Assembly: GCA_032654565.1 (NCBI GenBank)
Contig: JAULAX010000018.1
Location: forward strand, 410,033-474,032
Direction: 5' to 3'
Length of the DNA stretch: 64,000 nucleotides
Source of the DNA: Anaeromyxobacteraceae bacterium
GTDB taxonomy: Bacteria > Myxococcota > Myxococcia > Myxococcales > Anaeromyxobacteraceae
Shown here: piece after piece, positions 27,967 to 36,831 of the stretch
How positions within the stretch are numbered: position 1 is the stretch's first letter
How the letters are laid out: each line of letters opens with the position of its first letter
Made by a program: the position numbers and the translations under genes
Notes under the pieces: generated by a model
Database searches by the model: none
The model's input: the letters and a program-made list of their open reading frames with translations, nothing else
What the model was told of the DNA's origin: nothing

Positions 27967-29015
27967 AGGTGGACTGCGTCCGGATCATCGAGGCGGGCTA
28001 CGCCCAGCAGGCGGCGGAGCCGGCCTGGCTCGGCGAGCTCCTCGAGCCGTTCGAGCCGCTCTCGGGCGGGCTGGGGGTCGTGGGGACGGTCTACGACTTC
28101 GAGGCGGCCGAGCCCGGGGCGCGCCTCTGGGTGCACAGCCGGTCGATGGCTCCAGCGCTGGCCACCGCCTACCAGCGGAGCCGGCGCCTCCTCGCGGCCC
28201 ACCACCTCGACGCGCTGAAGGCGATGCTCCGCCCGGCCCTCGGCGGGGCCTGCTGGACCAGCAAGGTGGGGATGGCCCTCCCGGAGCAGGCGCGGCTCGA
28301 GGCGCGCGCCTGCTTCGCCGGGACCGGCCTGGGCGACACCCTCGGGGTGCTGGTGGCCGAGCCCGGCTGCCCGACCGTGACCATCTCGATCCCCTTCGCC
28401 CGGACCTTCGCGGTCCCGTCGCGCACCATGGAGCAGCTCCGCCGGGTGACGGCCCACCTCACCGCGGCGCTGCGGCTCCGGACCCGCCTGGAGCGGGCCG
28501 GGGAGCCCGGCGCGGCGGCGGAGGCGGTGCTCGATCCACGCGGGAAGGTGCACGACGCCACCGGGCCGGCCGCCTCGGCGCCGGCGCGCGCCAGCCTCAC
28601 CGACGCGGTCCGGTCGGTGGAGCGGGCGAGGGGCCGGCTGCGACGGAGTGATCCCGAGGAGGCGCTGGCCATCTGGCGCGCCCTCTTCGAGGGGCGCTGG
28701 TCGATCGTCGAGCGGACCGAGGCCGACGGGAGGCGGTTCCTGCTGGCCCACCGCAACGCGCCCGGCTTCACCGACCCCAAGGGGTTGGCCCCCGGGGAGC
28801 GGGACGTCCTCGTCTACGCCGCCCGCGGCCTCTCCAACAAGTACATCGGTTACCTGCTGGGTATCGCCACCAGCACGGTGAGCACCCGCCTGGCCTCGGC
28901 GCTGCGGAAGCTGTCGCTCGGCTCGCGCCGCGAGGCCATCGCGCTGTTCGGCGACCTGCCGCCTGTCCCGGCGGCGGGCCTGGCCTCGCCGGAGCGGCCC
29001 ACGGCGACGGCCTAG
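27963..29015 (+). CDS. LuxR-family transcriptional regulator with an uncharacterised N-terminal domain
   Basis: C-terminal ..LAPGERDVLVYAARGLSNKYIGYLLGIATSTVSTRLASALRKL.. GTG 27963 overlaps the upstream stop (GTGA). Confidence 0.75.
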   Translation: MKVDCVRIIEAGYAQQAAEPAWLGELLEPFEPLSGGLGVVGTVYDFEAAEPGARLWVHSRSMAPALATAYQRSRRLLAAHHLDALKAMLRPALGGACWTSKVGMALPEQARLEARACFAGTGLGDTLGVLVAEPGCPTVTISIPFARTFAVPSRTMEQLRRVTAHLTAALRLRTRLERAGEPGAAAEAVLDPRGKVHDATGPAASAPARASLTDAVRSVERARGRLRRSDPEEALAIWRALFEGRWSIVERTEADGRRFLLAHRNAPGFTDPKGLAPGERDVLVYAARGLSNKYIGYLLGIATSTVSTRLASALRKLSLGSRREAIALFGDLPPVPAAGLASPERPTATA

Positions 29016-29208
29016 GGCCGTGGCCGGGGCCCCAGGGCGTCACGCCCCGTGGCAGGCGCGGGGCCCGGGGCGTGCCCGACCTATCGCCCGGCTCGATGCC
29101 CATGGCAGCCGGTCACAGGGGGGCCGTACCCTGCGCGGTACCGGGGCCCGCAGCGCCAACCGTCTCACCGGGGCCCCGCTCAACCCACGGTGCACCGACG
29201 GAGGTCAC

Positions 29209-29712
29209 ATGCGGACGAAGATCCTGGTGGCGATGGCGATGCTGGGCGGGGCGGCGGCCGGGGCGCAGGAGCCGGCGCCGATCCCGAAGGAAGGGACGGG
29301 CTCGTACACGACCATGGGCTCCTTGACGCGCACCGCGCTCCCCATGGGGAAGGACCACCTGCAGGTGACCTGGGAGTTCCTCGGCGTGCAGCTCGCCGAC
29401 GAAGGCAAGGGCGTCACCCACAACGCCTCGGTCCGCTGCCTCGGCTCCGTCTTCGCGGCCGGCGGCGAGTACCAGAGCTTCACCAACTCCTGCATCTTCA
29501 CCCGGCCGGACGGCGACCAGGCCTTCACCACCGAGACCGCCACCGGGAAGATCGGAGGTCTCTCCAAGGGGACCTCCCGGTTCGTCGGCGGCACCGGCAA
29601 GCTGGCCGGGATCACCGGGAGCAGCGAGTTCACCAGGTACTTCGTCCGCCCGGCGACCGAGGCCACCTTCCAGTCGGTGACCAGGTCGAAGGGGAGCTAC
29701 AAGCTGCCGTGA
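29209..29712 (+). CDS. Secreted hypothetical protein (possibly a dirigent/AOC-barrel-like fold)
   Basis: GGAGG RBS and signal peptide MRTKILVAMAMLGGAAAGAQ. The motif ..FVGGTGKLAGITGSSEF.. recalls dirigent/allene-oxide-cyclase-like barrels; this assignment is weak. Confidence 0.55.
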   Translation: MRTKILVAMAMLGGAAAGAQEPAPIPKEGTGSYTTMGSLTRTALPMGKDHLQVTWEFLGVQLADEGKGVTHNASVRCLGSVFAAGGEYQSFTNSCIFTRPDGDQAFTTETATGKIGGLSKGTSRFVGGTGKLAGITGSSEFTRYFVRPATEATFQSVTRSKGSYKLP

Positions 29713-29736
29713 GGGGGTGGGGGGCCCCGGGGCGGG

Positions 29737-31236
29737 CTACTTCCCGCCCCGGGCGTTCCAGACCTTCATCAGCTCCGGCGAGCCCTGCGAGCGGATGCCG
29801 CTGTCGGTGAGCAGCTCCTCGGTGGCCGCCGCCAGCTCCTTGCGGGAGAAGACGATGGCCTCGCCGCCGCGCCGGTCGAAGTCGATGGTGATGAACTCGC
29901 CCCGGGCGTCGCGCAGCAGCTCCACGGCGTGCTGCAGGTTCTTCACCGCCACGCCGTTGATGGTCTTCACCACCGCCCCCTGCGGCGAGTCGTAGCCCTT
30001 GGCCAGCCGGTGGGGCAGGAAGGGGGACGGCACCATCACCAGCTCCTCGCCGGGGAAGGCCGGCCCGTCGAGCATGCGGGTGAAGAGCGGGCTCCCGAAC
30101 ATGTTGGCCATGGCCCCGCGGCCGCTGGTGGTGACGAACTGCTGCGAGGCCACCGAGAAGACCATGGGGCCGAGGATGAAGTAGGGCGGGTAGGTGCCCT
30201 GCAGGTCGGGCACCATCACCCGCCGCGCCGCGCCCACCGGGAGCTGGACCACCAGCGGCTTGCCGGCGCGGACCACCGAGAGCGCCACCGCGCCGTCCCG
30301 GGCCAGCTTCTGCACCAGGTACTGGAAGCGGACCCGCAGGTTGGGGCCGAGCTGCACCATCCCCTGGTCGTCCACCGGGACGTCGCCGATGCGGGTGATG
30401 ACGTCCCAGGGCTTGAGCAGGCTGCTGCCCTTGCCGAAGGGCTCGTGCACCACCATGCCGGCCACGCCCTTCTCCAGCTTGAGGAAGGCCCGCAGCGCCG
30501 GGTTCTCCAGGGTCTGCAGCTCGTCGTGCATGGCCGGCTTGCCGTCGTAGCGGCCGTCGGCCACGTCGCGCAGGAAGAGCTCGATCTCCTCGTTGGGGAT
30601 GATGTAGCCGATGTTCTGGGCCCCCCCCAGGGTGCTGAAGGCCAGGCCGATCATCTTGTCGCCCACCACCGCCGGGCCGCCGCTGTTGCCGGGGTTGATG
30701 GCGGCGTCGATCTGGATGCGCAGCCCGGAGACCGGGAAGTTGTAGGAGGTGAACTCGATGCGGGAGACGATCCCCTTGGTGATGGAGAGGTTGCTGCCGC
30801 CGGTGGGGTAGCCGTAGGCCATGACCGCGTCCTTGACGTCGGGCATGGAGCCCAGCCGGGCCAGCGGCGGGTGCTTGTCGAAGAAGGACTCGTCGTCGAG
30901 CCGGAGCAGGGCCAGGTCGATGCCCGGGGCGATGAACTCGACGGTGGCCGAGATCTTGTCGCCGGCCTGGTGGGCCTGCACCTGCACCTGGGTGGCGTAG
31001 AGCACCACGTGGGCGTTGGTGAGGATGCGCCGCCCCTCCACCACCACGCCGCTGCCGGTGGCCTCGGCGGGCGGGGCCTTGGCCCAGGGTCGGGCCACCT
31101 CGGGGGCGCGGAGGGTGGAGAAGATCTTCACCACCGAGCTCTCCACCACCCCGGGGGCGGCGGGGACGCTGGCCTGCGCCAGGGCGAGGCCGGGCAGGAG
31201 CCCGGCGAGGAGGAGCAGGCTGGAGCGGAGGGGCAT
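29737..31236 (-). CDS. Trypsin-like serine protease (S1C/HtrA-like) with PDZ-like C-terminal region
   Basis: Signal peptide MPLRSSLLLLAGLLPGLALA. Catalytic triad context: TNAHVV, DLALLRL, GNSGGP. Start moved to ATG 31236. Confidence 0.85.
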   Translation of the reverse strand: MPLRSSLLLLAGLLPGLALAQASVPAAPGVVESSVVKIFSTLRAPEVARPWAKAPPAEATGSGVVVEGRRILTNAHVVLYATQVQVQAHQAGDKISATVEFIAPGIDLALLRLDDESFFDKHPPLARLGSMPDVKDAVMAYGYPTGGSNLSITKGIVSRIEFTSYNFPVSGLRIQIDAAINPGNSGGPAVVGDKMIGLAFSTLGGAQNIGYIIPNEEIELFLRDVADGRYDGKPAMHDELQTLENPALRAFLKLEKGVAGMVVHEPFGKGSSLLKPWDVITRIGDVPVDDQGMVQLGPNLRVRFQYLVQKLARDGAVALSVVRAGKPLVVQLPVGAARRVMVPDLQGTYPPYFILGPMVFSVASQQFVTTSGRGAMANMFGSPLFTRMLDGPAFPGEELVMVPSPFLPHRLAKGYDSPQGAVVKTINGVAVKNLQHAVELLRDARGEFITIDFDRRGGEAIVFSRKELAAATEELLTDSGIRSQGSPELMKVWNARGGK

Positions 31237-31253
31237 GGTGGCGGGTCCTGGGA

Positions 31254-32576
31254 TCAGCGGCCGCGGACGGCGCGGACCGCGGCGGCGGCGGCGCTGAAGA
31301 CGCCGGGGATCTGCGCCTCGGTGAGGCAGGAGAAGGCGACCCGCAGGTCGGTGGCGCCGAGGGCGATGGTGCCGACGCCGTGGTCGTCGAGCAGCCGCAC
31401 CCGCACCGTGTCGGCGTCCGCCCCCTTGAGCCGCAGGCACATGAAGTACCCGGAGTTGAAGGGGTAGACGTCCCAGCAGTCGGCGTACTCGGTCTTGCGG
31501 CACTCCACCGCCACCACCTCGGCCCGCTTGCGCAGCGTCGCCACCTTCTCGGCCTGCTGGGGGCGGAAGTCCGGGTCGTTGAGGGCCTTCAAGACCACCG
31601 ACTGGCCGGGGTTGGAGATGTTGGAGACGTAGGCGCGGATCAGGCCGGCGGTCTTGTCCTCGAGCGCCTTGTAGACGGCGGCGGTGCCGTTCTTGATGCC
31701 GAAGGTGAGGAAGCCGACGCGCAGCCCCCAGATGAAGGCCTCCTTGGTGCCGCCGTCGACCTTGATGGCCAGCAGGTTGTCGGAGGCCCGGGCCAGGCGG
31801 CCGAAGACCGACTCGGTCTGGCAGTCCGGGTGGTAGAACATCCCGTAGTAGGCGTCGTCGACGCTCACCACCAGCCGGGTCCCGGCCTCGGCCTCGGCGG
31901 TCAGGGCGGCGACGATGCCGTCGGCCTCGGCGCGGGTCGGGGTGTAGCCGGAGGGGTTGTTGGGGAAGTTGAGGGCCACCACCAGCTTGCGGCCGCGGTG
32001 GCGCTTCAGGCCGGCGGTGAAGGCCGCCAGGTTGAAGCCGGTCAGCTTCTCGTCGAAGAACGGGAAGTAGTCGAAGCTGGCGCCGAGCCGGGTCTCCCAG
32101 GTGAGGTTGTAGTTCTCCCAGAGCAGGTTGGCGGAGAGGACGGCGTCGCCCGGATCGAGGAAGAGATCGCCCACCAGCCCGAGGCCGTGGGTCAGGGCGT
32201 TGGTGACCACCGGGTTGGAGACCAGCTGGTCGCCCAGCGACGGGGTCTCGGCCCGCTGCTTCTTGGCCCAGGCGGCCCGCACGTCCGGCTTCCCGTAGCT
32301 GGGGGCGTAGTCGTAGATCTCGCCGGGGGTGAGGCCGGTGAAGTACTTGCTCACCACCCCGAGGTGCATGGGGGCGCCGTTCTCGGTGGCGATGCCGACG
32401 GTGGCGTTGGCCGACTTGGCCTTCAGCTTGGCCTCGGCCCCCTGGGCCAGGATCCCCTTGGCCGGGAAGAAGAAGCGCTTGCCGCGCTCGGCGAGGAGGT
32501 CGAGGACCACCGGGCAGTCCTTCTTCAGCGCGTCGTTGGCGGCCTGGGCGAGCGGGTTGAGCGGCGCGGTGGGCAT
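31254..32576 (-). CDS. Class I/II pyridoxal-phosphate-dependent aminotransferase
   Basis: ..NFPNNPSGYTP.. and the PLP-lysine context ..GGTKEAFIWGLRVGFL.. Start moved to MPTAPLN at ATG 32576. Confidence 0.8.
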   Translation of the reverse strand: MPTAPLNPLAQAANDALKKDCPVVLDLLAERGKRFFFPAKGILAQGAEAKLKAKSANATVGIATENGAPMHLGVVSKYFTGLTPGEIYDYAPSYGKPDVRAAWAKKQRAETPSLGDQLVSNPVVTNALTHGLGLVGDLFLDPGDAVLSANLLWENYNLTWETRLGASFDYFPFFDEKLTGFNLAAFTAGLKRHRGRKLVVALNFPNNPSGYTPTRAEADGIVAALTAEAEAGTRLVVSVDDAYYGMFYHPDCQTESVFGRLARASDNLLAIKVDGGTKEAFIWGLRVGFLTFGIKNGTAAVYKALEDKTAGLIRAYVSNISNPGQSVVLKALNDPDFRPQQAEKVATLRKRAEVVAVECRKTEYADCWDVYPFNSGYFMCLRLKGADADTVRVRLLDDHGVGTIALGATDLRVAFSCLTEAQIPGVFSAAAAAVRAVRGR

Positions 32577-32652
32577 GCGGGGCTCCTGGCGGGAGGGGTG
32601 TTCGTGCGGAGGGTGCGCGGCCGGACAATGTGGCATGGCCCGGGAAGGCGAT

Positions 32653-33303
32653 TCAAGGGAGAAGGGGTCGCAGGCCGCGCCACATCCGCACGCTGGTCCA
32701 GCCGACGAAGGTGAGCCAGAGCGGGCCGGCGACGGCGAGGAGGTTGGCCGCCGCCACCGAGAAGGGCTGGCCGGCCACCGGGAGCGAGGCCAGGCCGGCG
32801 AGCAGCCCCAGCGCCCCCACGCCCCGCTCGCCGCGACCGAGGAGCGCCGAGGCCAGGCCGAGCAGCCCGAGCCCCAGCAGCAGGTTGAAGAGGGCGTCGA
32901 GCGAGAGGGCCACGCCGAGCAGCGCCCGGCCCGCCGGGCCGGCGGCGTCGCCGGGCAGCAGGTGGGTGACCAGCACCAGCGGCCCCACGCAGCCCGCGGC
33001 GTTGAGGGCGGCGCCGAGGGTGATGGCCCCGGCGCCGAAGCGGGCCCAGGGGGTGGGGGCGCGGCGGGCCAGCCCGGCGGCCCAGCCGGCCAGCGCCAGC
33101 AGGCCGAGGATGAAGGCGACGGCGCTCCCCACCGTCGCCTGCGGGTGGGCCACCGACAGCGCCGCCCACCGGTCGAGCTGGTCGGGGCGGTAGGCGCCGG
33201 TGATGTCGCCGAGGAACAGCACGCCGGCCACGTTGCCGGCGACGCCGACCAGCCCGAGGAGCGCGGCGAGCCGGTCGGCGGGTGGGGAGGTGGGGTCAGC
33301 CAT
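32653..33303 (-). CDS. Hypothetical integral membrane protein (~6 TM)
   Basis: Hydrophobic helices throughout and high GC3 in frame. Start at MADPTSPP (ATG 33303). Confidence 0.55.
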   Translation of the reverse strand: MADPTSPPADRLAALLGLVGVAGNVAGVLFLGDITGAYRPDQLDRWAALSVAHPQATVGSAVAFILGLLALAGWAAGLARRAPTPWARFGAGAITLGAALNAAGCVGPLVLVTHLLPGDAAGPAGRALLGVALSLDALFNLLLGLGLLGLASALLGRGERGVGALGLLAGLASLPVAGQPFSVAAANLLAVAGPLWLTFVGWTSVRMWRGLRPLLP

Positions 33304-33394
33304 CGCAGGACTCCTGTCCGCCGCGGCCGACCGCCGGTGCGGCGGTGGCGAGGCGAAGCTCCAGTCTAGCGGGGCGGTCTCCACGACGCCGCGC

Positions 33395-34675
33395 TCAGCG
33401 GATCCCGATGGGGGGGCGCGGGGGGGAGCCGCAGACCCCGAGCCGCTCGGCCAGCCCCGGGAAGGCGCAGGCGCAGGACCCGGCGGGCGTGGCGGCGCCG
33501 CTCCAGGCGGTGGGGCGGGACGGGTCGCGCGGGGCCGGGACCACCAGCGAGCCGACGAAGTCGCCCCGGGTGTAGACGGCGTCGATGAGCGCGGCCAGCT
33601 TGCCGACCTCGGCCGCCGTGACCTGCCCGCTCGAGGTGGCCTGGTAGAACTGCACCGTCACCCGGACCGGGAAGCGCGGATCGCGCTCGATGGTGAGGCC
33701 GGCCAGCTCGGTGAACGGCCCCTCCAGCTCGCCGTGGCCGAGCACCGCCTGCTCCATGGCGTCGGCCGCCTCGGCCATGGGGGCCGCCTTGGCCTCCGAC
33801 TTCATCATGGGCGAAGGGGCTCCGGAGCCCAGGGCGTAGGCGCGGCGCGGCCGCTCCACGCGCAGCGGCACCTGGATGAGCATGAGCAGGTTGGCGTCCT
33901 CGCCGAGGCTGGCGGAGGACTCACCGTTCATGGTGACGCCGCTGGCCTCCACGTCGGAGCGCCGCTCGGCGGTGAGGGGGGCCCGCTGGCCGCCGTCGTT
34001 GAAGAAGAGCCGCTGCCCCCAGGCCCCGGTGCCGACCTGGTCGCGGCCGTTGTCGACGATCGACGCCGAGGTCCCCTGGCGTGTCACCAGCAGGGTCAGG
34101 ACCGCGGGGTGGCCGGCCGTCGACTGGTAGTTGAAGATGACCGGGTGGAAGGTGGCCCGGGCGCCGCGGGGCACGGGCAGGAAGGCGGCCTGCGCCGAGA
34201 CCAGCGCGTGGGTGTCGCGCGGGGCCAGCAGGGTGCCGCCGCGGATGGCGCCGTTCCCGGGCGCCGAGAGGAAGCGCCCCGGCTCCGCCAGCAGCTCGCG
34301 CAGCGTCACCACCTGCTCGGGGGCGCCCGGGCGCTGGTTGCCGGTGCGGAGCCAGACCTTGTCGAGCGCCACGTCGGCGGTCCGGTCGGCGAAGTTGGGG
34401 AAGCGCAGCACCGGCATCAGCGACGGGGCCCGCCCGGCGCCGTTGGCCACGGCGATGGTCACGTCGGAGATGTTGGGGCCGACCGACGAGCCCTGGTGCC
34501 GCCCGGTGTCCTCCCAGAGCACGTTGACGAACTGCAGGCCGCGGGCGCCGGCGAGCCGCTGCGCCTCGGGGTCGGAGACCAGGGCGGCGACCCGGTCGAC
34601 GGCGGAGCCCGGCGGGACGGCGACGGCGTGGGCGGTGAGCAGGGCGGCGAGGGCGGCGGCGAGCGGGCTGTGCAT
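33395..34675 (-). CDS. Secreted hypothetical protein (426 aa)
   Basis: Signal peptide MHSPLAAALAALLTAHAVA. Strong GC3 bias in frame. I recognise no family motif. Confidence 0.55.
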   Translation of the reverse strand: MHSPLAAALAALLTAHAVAVPPGSAVDRVAALVSDPEAQRLAGARGLQFVNVLWEDTGRHQGSSVGPNISDVTIAVANGAGRAPSLMPVLRFPNFADRTADVALDKVWLRTGNQRPGAPEQVVTLRELLAEPGRFLSAPGNGAIRGGTLLAPRDTHALVSAQAAFLPVPRGARATFHPVIFNYQSTAGHPAVLTLLVTRQGTSASIVDNGRDQVGTGAWGQRLFFNDGGQRAPLTAERRSDVEASGVTMNGESSASLGEDANLLMLIQVPLRVERPRRAYALGSGAPSPMMKSEAKAAPMAEAADAMEQAVLGHGELEGPFTELAGLTIERDPRFPVRVTVQFYQATSSGQVTAAEVGKLAALIDAVYTRGDFVGSLVVPAPRDPSRPTAWSGAATPAGSCACAFPGLAERLGVCGSPPRPPIGIR

Positions 34676-34696
34676 GGTCGGCTCCGGCGTGCGTTG

Positions 34697-34797
34697 AAGG
34701 ACTCTGGGACGGGAAGCGGAAGGACTCTGGGACGGGAAGCGGGGACGGGAAGCGAATTACTCTGGGACGGGAATCGAACGGGGACGGGAATCGAACG
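34697..34797 (+). repeat. Composite tandem repeats built on CTCTGGGACGGGAAGCG / GGGGACGGGAATCGAAC
   Basis: aggactctgggacgggaagcgg occurs twice. It is followed by ggggacgggaagcga, attactctgggacgggaatcgaac and ggggacgggaatcgaac. Confidence 0.85.
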
Positions 34798-34947
34798 GCT
34801 CTCTCCAAGGTGAACGCGCCGGGCCGGGGAACGATCTGGAGGACCGCGCCGCGGCCGGTGGTCCGCCGCCCGGCCGGTGGGCGGGACGCCCCAGGTTCCT
34901 GATCACGGCCGGTTGGGCGCGGCACCGGGGCTGCATCCCCCCGCCGC

Positions 34948-35286
34948 ATGACCCCGTTCGACACCTCCACCGAGCTGGCCTGCCGGTCGTCGACGGCGGG
35001 CGCCGACCTCGGCCTGGCGGCCGACGTGGCCGAGGCCTGGGTCGAGGTGGCCAGGCTGCGGCGGCTGGCCAGGCTGGCGGCCAGCGAGGCGCTGGAGCGG
35101 CGAGGGCTGGTGGCCGCCTGCGCCGGCGACCCGCTCCACCCCAGGACCCAGGGGCTGTCGGCGGCGGCCGAGTTCCACGCGGCGCGGGCCACGGCGGCGG
35201 CCGAGCGGGCGCGCGACTCGGAGCGCCGGGCGGCGGAGCTGGAGCTGCGCCACCAGCTGGCCTGCCGGGAGGCCCGGTGCGCGTGA
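34948..35286 (+). CDS. Hypothetical coiled-coil protein (FliJ/YscO-like? weak)
   Basis: 112 aa, Ala/Arg/Glu-rich helical sequence. Very high GC3 in frame. Its stop overlaps the start of the next gene. Confidence 0.45.
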   Translation: MTPFDTSTELACRSSTAGADLGLAADVAEAWVEVARLRRLARLAASEALERRGLVAACAGDPLHPRTQGLSAAAEFHAARATAAAERARDSERRAAELELRHQLACREARCA

Positions 35287-35930
35287 GCGAGGAGGTGAGG
35301 GTGACCGAGCAGCGGCGCGAGGCGGGGCGGCGCGGCGACTTCGGCGCGGCGCTGCAACGGGCGGAGGCCAGGCGCGCCGAGGCGGGGCGGGCCGACGCCG
35401 GCCGGGCGGCGCAGCAGGCCGGAGAGCGGCTCACGCAGGCACGGCGGACCGGCGCCGGGGGCCGTCCCGACACCGACGCGGCGGTGAAGCCATCCGGTGC
35501 GGGGCCCGGCGAAGCGGCGGCCAGTGGAGGCCGGGGCGAGCGCGCAGCGGGTGGGGCCGGCGGCGAGCCGGCGGGAGCGAGCGGCGCGCTGGCGTCGAGC
35601 CGTCCACATGGCGCAGGGGGCGAGCCGGGCCTGGCCGCCGACCCGGCCCGGGCGGCGCTCACCCAGGCGATCCGGGCGCTGCCCCCGGTCATCGAGGCCT
35701 TCGGCGGCGCCGGGCGCGAGGTGCTGGCCATCGACTTCGGCGGCGCGCTGGCCGTGGAGCTGCGCCAGGCGGCCGGCGGGGTGGCGGTCCAGCTCTCGGC
35801 GCCGGGGTCGCTCCAGCCGGCGGCGCGCACCGAGCTGGCCGGGCTCTGCCGGGCGCTGGCGTCGCGTGGCGTGGTGGTGGTGAGCGCCGAGGTGCGCGGG
35901 AGTCCACCGGGGCCGGGGCGCCGACGTTGA
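35283..35930 (+). CDS. Hypothetical protein with a FliK/Flg_hook-like C-terminal pattern (weak)
   Basis: The C-terminus ..LAIDFGGALAVELRQAAGGVAVQLSAPGSLQPAARTELAGLCRALASRGVVVVSAEV.. follows the L-x-L-x-P-x-LG...V-x-V...L-x-x-L-x-x-x-G pattern of hook-length control domains. GTGA coupling at 35283; GTG 35277 is an alternative start. Confidence 0.45.
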   Translation: MSEEVRVTEQRREAGRRGDFGAALQRAEARRAEAGRADAGRAAQQAGERLTQARRTGAGGRPDTDAAVKPSGAGPGEAAASGGRGERAAGGAGGEPAGASGALASSRPHGAGGEPGLAADPARAALTQAIRALPPVIEAFGGAGREVLAIDFGGALAVELRQAAGGVAVQLSAPGSLQPAARTELAGLCRALASRGVVVVSAEVRGSPPGPGRRR

Positions 35931-35968
35931 CGGCCCTCCGGGCCTTCGCTACAAGGGGCCCCCGGTAG

Positions 35969-36043
35969 GGCACCGTCGCCAAGTGGTAAGGCAAGGGTCT
36001 GCAAAACCCTTATTCCCCGGTTCGAATCCGGGCGGTGCCTCCA
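35969..36043 (+). tRNA. tRNA-Cys (anticodon GCA)
   Basis: GGCACCG/CGGTGCC acceptor stem. Anticodon loop CT-GCA-AA flanked by stem GGGTC../..ACCC. T-arm GGTTCGAATCC. Discriminator U followed by an encoded CCA. Confidence 0.9.
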
Positions 36044-36210
36044 ACACCCTTCCAGTCCTGGTCTTCCTCGTGGTCCAAGCCCCTTCCGGGGCGGTAGCCC
36101 GGGCGACACCTTGTTCGTCGGCCTCGGCTGGGCCACGCTCGCCGCCGGTCATGGTCGCCGCCGGCGTGGCGCGCCGCCTGGGCCAGCCGACGACTTCACC
36201 GGGAGATGAC

Positions 36211-36831
36211 ATGCGCAGACTGCTGCTGGCCGCCCTGCTGGTCCTCGCCGTCCCCACCACCTCGCACGCCCTCGTGGGCCTCGGCCTTCGGCTCGGCTAC
36301 GGGGTGCCGAACGGCGACCTGGCCAAGGGATCCAAGTACAAGGACACCATCGACTCGCAGGTGCCGCTCCAGCTGGACGTCATGTTCGGTCCGCGGTCCG
36401 CGCAGTACGGCCTCTACGTCGGGTATGCGCCCAACCAGGTCGACACCACCGGCATCCCCTCCTCCATCTCCATCACCTCCTCGACCACCCGGGTCGGGCT
36501 CCAGGCCACCCGGCAGCTCCTCGACCTCGGGCTGGTGGGGATCTGGGCCGGGGCCGCCAGCGGCCTGGAGATCTTCCAGCTGGAGATGAAGGGTCCGATC
36601 CCCACGGCCAGGATGCAGGTCCGGGGCTGGGAGTTCCTCACCGTCACGGCCGGCGTCGACATGAAGGCGCTGCCGCTGCTCGACCTCGGCGCCTTCGTCA
36701 GCGCCGGCTTCGGCCAGTTCGGCGTCTCCACGCTCAAGGTCAGCGGCGTCGAGACCACCCAGGGGATCGGCGCCGACAAGCGGGTCCACGGCCTGGTCCA
36801 GCTCGGCCTCCGGGGAATGATCAGCCTCTAG
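36211..36831 (+). CDS. Outer-membrane beta-barrel-like protein
   Basis: Signal peptide MRRLLLAALLVLAVPTTSHA. Alternating hydrophobic beta-strand pattern ending ..LVQLGLRGMISL. Start moved to ATG 36211; the track ORF begins inside the tRNA. Confidence 0.65.
   Translation: MRRLLLAALLVLAVPTTSHALVGLGLRLGYGVPNGDLAKGSKYKDTIDSQVPLQLDVMFGPRSAQYGLYVGYAPNQVDTTGIPSSISITSSTTRVGLQATRQLLDLGLVGIWAGAASGLEIFQLEMKGPIPTARMQVRGWEFLTVTAGVDMKALPLLDLGAFVSAGFGQFGVSTLKVSGVETTQGIGADKRVHGLVQLGLRGMISL

Noticed and set aside
36821-36831. 11-bp overlap of the convergent OMP and epimerase genes as a possible annotation error
   Set aside because: Both C-termini are in frames with continuous strong GC3 bias, and both stops are the first in frame. 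The overlap appears genuine and unremarkable for a compact high-GC genome.
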